A DNA stretch of 64,000 nucleotides from Candidatus Sulfomarinibacteraceae bacterium (lineage in GTDB: Bacteria > Acidobacteriota > Thermoanaerobaculia > Thermoanaerobaculales > Sulfomarinibacteraceae): the NCBI GenBank assembly GCA_963796455.1, contig CAWCLO010000010.1, positions 256,001-320,000 on the forward strand, written 5' to 3'. Numbering within the stretch: the stretch's first letter is position 1; every line of letters starts with the position of its first letter. The translations under genes were made by a program, and so were the position numbers. Of the stretch, positions 62,321 to 64,000 are shown one piece after another. The notes beneath the pieces were generated by a model that was not told the DNA's origin, did no database searches, and saw only the letters and a program-made list of their open reading frames with translations.

Positions 62321-63663
62321 ACGGGTTGGTTTTCACGCTCGCCTACCTCGGAATCTGCCTCTTCGGTCTTCCCGCAGCCTTTCACCCCCTGTTCAGGCAG
62401 CACCGGTTGCTGGCACGTTTGGCGGCCTCCTTTCTCCTTGGAGCGGTTCTTCTCACTCTCACCGCTTTGATCTGGTCCCTTCTGGGGGTGCCCTGGACGG
62501 TATGGACCCTGGGTGTCCCACTCTTCGGCCTCTCGGTCGCCGGTGCCGCTGTCCTGGCACGAAGGGAATCAACCGGCGATTATGAAGGTGAGTCGGTTCG
62601 TTCGCCAACGCCGTTGCACCAAGCAGCCTTGGCTCTCACCTTCGCGGCTCTTGCATTTCTTGCCTGGCAGCTCATCACGACCCGTGCGACCTCGCCGGAC
62701 TTTTTGTTCTTCTGGGGGGTCAAGGGCCTGCGCTTTGCCGAGGCGGGGGGGATCGATCCGCTTCTTTTGAAGTGGCCTTTTTTCACCCACGCCCACATCA
62801 ACTACCCTCCGCTCCTGCCGACAACATTTGCCTGGGGAGCGCTCGTTGCCGGTGGCATTCCGTGGATCTGGACGCCGACCCTCAGCTGGATTTGGATCGC
62901 CTCCACGGCGGCGGTGCTTGGACCGATTCTGCAGCCGCTGCTGGGATCGACGCGAAGCGCCGTTCTGACCGCCGTCTGGTCGGTCACCCTGTCGGCATCA
63001 ATGATCGTCTCGATCTCCGGTGGCAACGCCGAAGCTCCATTGGTGGCTTTTCTGACGGTAGCCTGCGCGATCCTCCTGGCCCGGACGGACGGGGGACCAT
63101 CGTCTCAATGGACCATTGTCGCGCTGGCGTTTGTCGGGGCGGTTCTGACCAAGAACGAGGGCCCGGTGTCGGTCGCACTTCTGGGCGGTGGCGCCCTCCT
63201 TCGAGCTGGAATCGAACGCGACCGCCGGAGCGCTCTCCGCATCGTGGGCGCCGGTGCGGCCGCAATTGGCGCCATCGGTCTGTGGGCCCTGTTTTTGGCC
63301 ACCAACGCACTCCCTCTCACCGATCCGATCCGTCAGCGCGCCGGCAACATCAATTTCGACCACATCGGTGAGATCCTGGCCGCCGCTCCGGCCGGTCTCG
63401 ATGTGGGTACCGCCACACTGTCATGGTGGGTGCTCGCGATCGCCGTCTTGGCCTCGAAGGGTCGCCGGTTGACGGTCTACCTCCCAGCCGCTGCTTTGTG
63501 TTTTGGTTTGCTCGGTTTCGCGTTCGTTTATTACCTCCACTCCGAAAACGATCCGACCATCCTCATCGGGTGGACCCTCGCCCGACTCTGCCAACCTGCG
63601 CTCTCGGCCCTTGTCCTGTGGGCGGGGTTGACGTGGATGGTCGACGACCAGCAATCCAACTGA
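62317..63663 (+). CDS. Multi-pass membrane protein, possibly GT-C-like glycosyltransferase
   Basis: Many TM segments; D..FFWG.K, H..YPPLLP and TKNEG motifs. Confidence 0.6.
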   Translation: MNGLVFTLAYLGICLFGLPAAFHPLFRQHRLLARLAASFLLGAVLLTLTALIWSLLGVPWTVWTLGVPLFGLSVAGAAVLARRESTGDYEGESVRSPTPLHQAALALTFAALAFLAWQLITTRATSPDFLFFWGVKGLRFAEAGGIDPLLLKWPFFTHAHINYPPLLPTTFAWGALVAGGIPWIWTPTLSWIWIASTAAVLGPILQPLLGSTRSAVLTAVWSVTLSASMIVSISGGNAEAPLVAFLTVACAILLARTDGGPSSQWTIVALAFVGAVLTKNEGPVSVALLGGGALLRAGIERDRRSALRIVGAGAAAIGAIGLWALFLATNALPLTDPIRQRAGNINFDHIGEILAAAPAGLDVGTATLSWWVLAIAVLASKGRRLTVYLPAAALCFGLLGFAFVYYLHSENDPTILIGWTLARLCQPALSALVLWAGLTWMVDDQQSN

Positions 63664-63777
63664 AGCACGAATCTCCCGTTTTTTTGACCCGCAGTCGAAA
63701 CCGGTCATTCCGAATGGCGGAATGAGTCGCGATTTCACGTAGGTTAGAATGATTGTCAAACCAAATTGGAGAATCAA

Positions 63778-64000
63778 ATGGCAAAGTACGACAGCATTCT
63801 CGGTGCGGTCGGCCACACCCCTGTGGTCCGAATCAACAAAATGGCGCCTGAGGGAATCAATCTCTATGTCAAGATCGAGGCCTTCAACCCCATGGGCTCG
63901 GTCAAAGACCGGCTCGCGCTCGGCGTCATCGAAGACGCCGAAAAACGCGGCGCTCTCAAACCCGGCCAGACCGTGATCGAAGCCACGAGCGGCAACACCG
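63778..64000 (+). CDS. cysK: Cysteine synthase family PLP enzyme (runs off window end)
   Basis: Manual translation [17 protein letters not shown]...[14 protein letters not shown]...IEATSGNT. Confidence 0.88.
   Translation, partial: MAKYDSILGAVGHTPVVRINKMAPEGINLYVKIEAFNPMGSVKDRLALGVIEDAEKRGALKPGQTVIEATSGNT

Overview
Core-genome window from a GC-rich bacterium, most likely Acidobacteriota (inferred from the Cys-rich insert near the RpoB N-terminus). 1-41.6 kb is the translation/transcription supercluster, almost all on the minus strand: alpha/spc/S10/str operons, rpoBC, rplKAJL, nusG-secE, two tuf genes, five tRNAs, rlmB-ispF-ispD, frr-pyrH-tsf-rpsB-rpsI-rplM. It is followed by ADP-heptose/LPS genes, pilB-pilT-pilC-pilS-pilR, tRNA-Sec, tRNA-Ala, an accessory block (racemase, DUF1611-like, D-Ala-D-Ala dipeptidase-like, degenerate pirin, sigma-54 activator) and the start of a cysK-like gene. 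The most striking feature is a ~0.85 kb cassette present twice (19071-19961 and 33615-34450), antisense to the housekeeping operons. Each copy encodes a four-helix-bundle (IVP/Avd-like) protein behind a ~140-nt structured leader that pairs over the SD and start codon, and is wrapped in nested inverted short-repeat arms. Gene-less hairpins of similar design occur at 33.5, 42.3 and 44.1 kb. Other oddities: L30 with a ~120-aa histone-H1-like tail, acidic tails on S5/S2/L11, deviant exit-tunnel loops in L4/L22/L23, an Adk lacking the DGFPR arginine, and a 1-nt frameshift in hldC. Family assignments come from motif recognition, not database searches.
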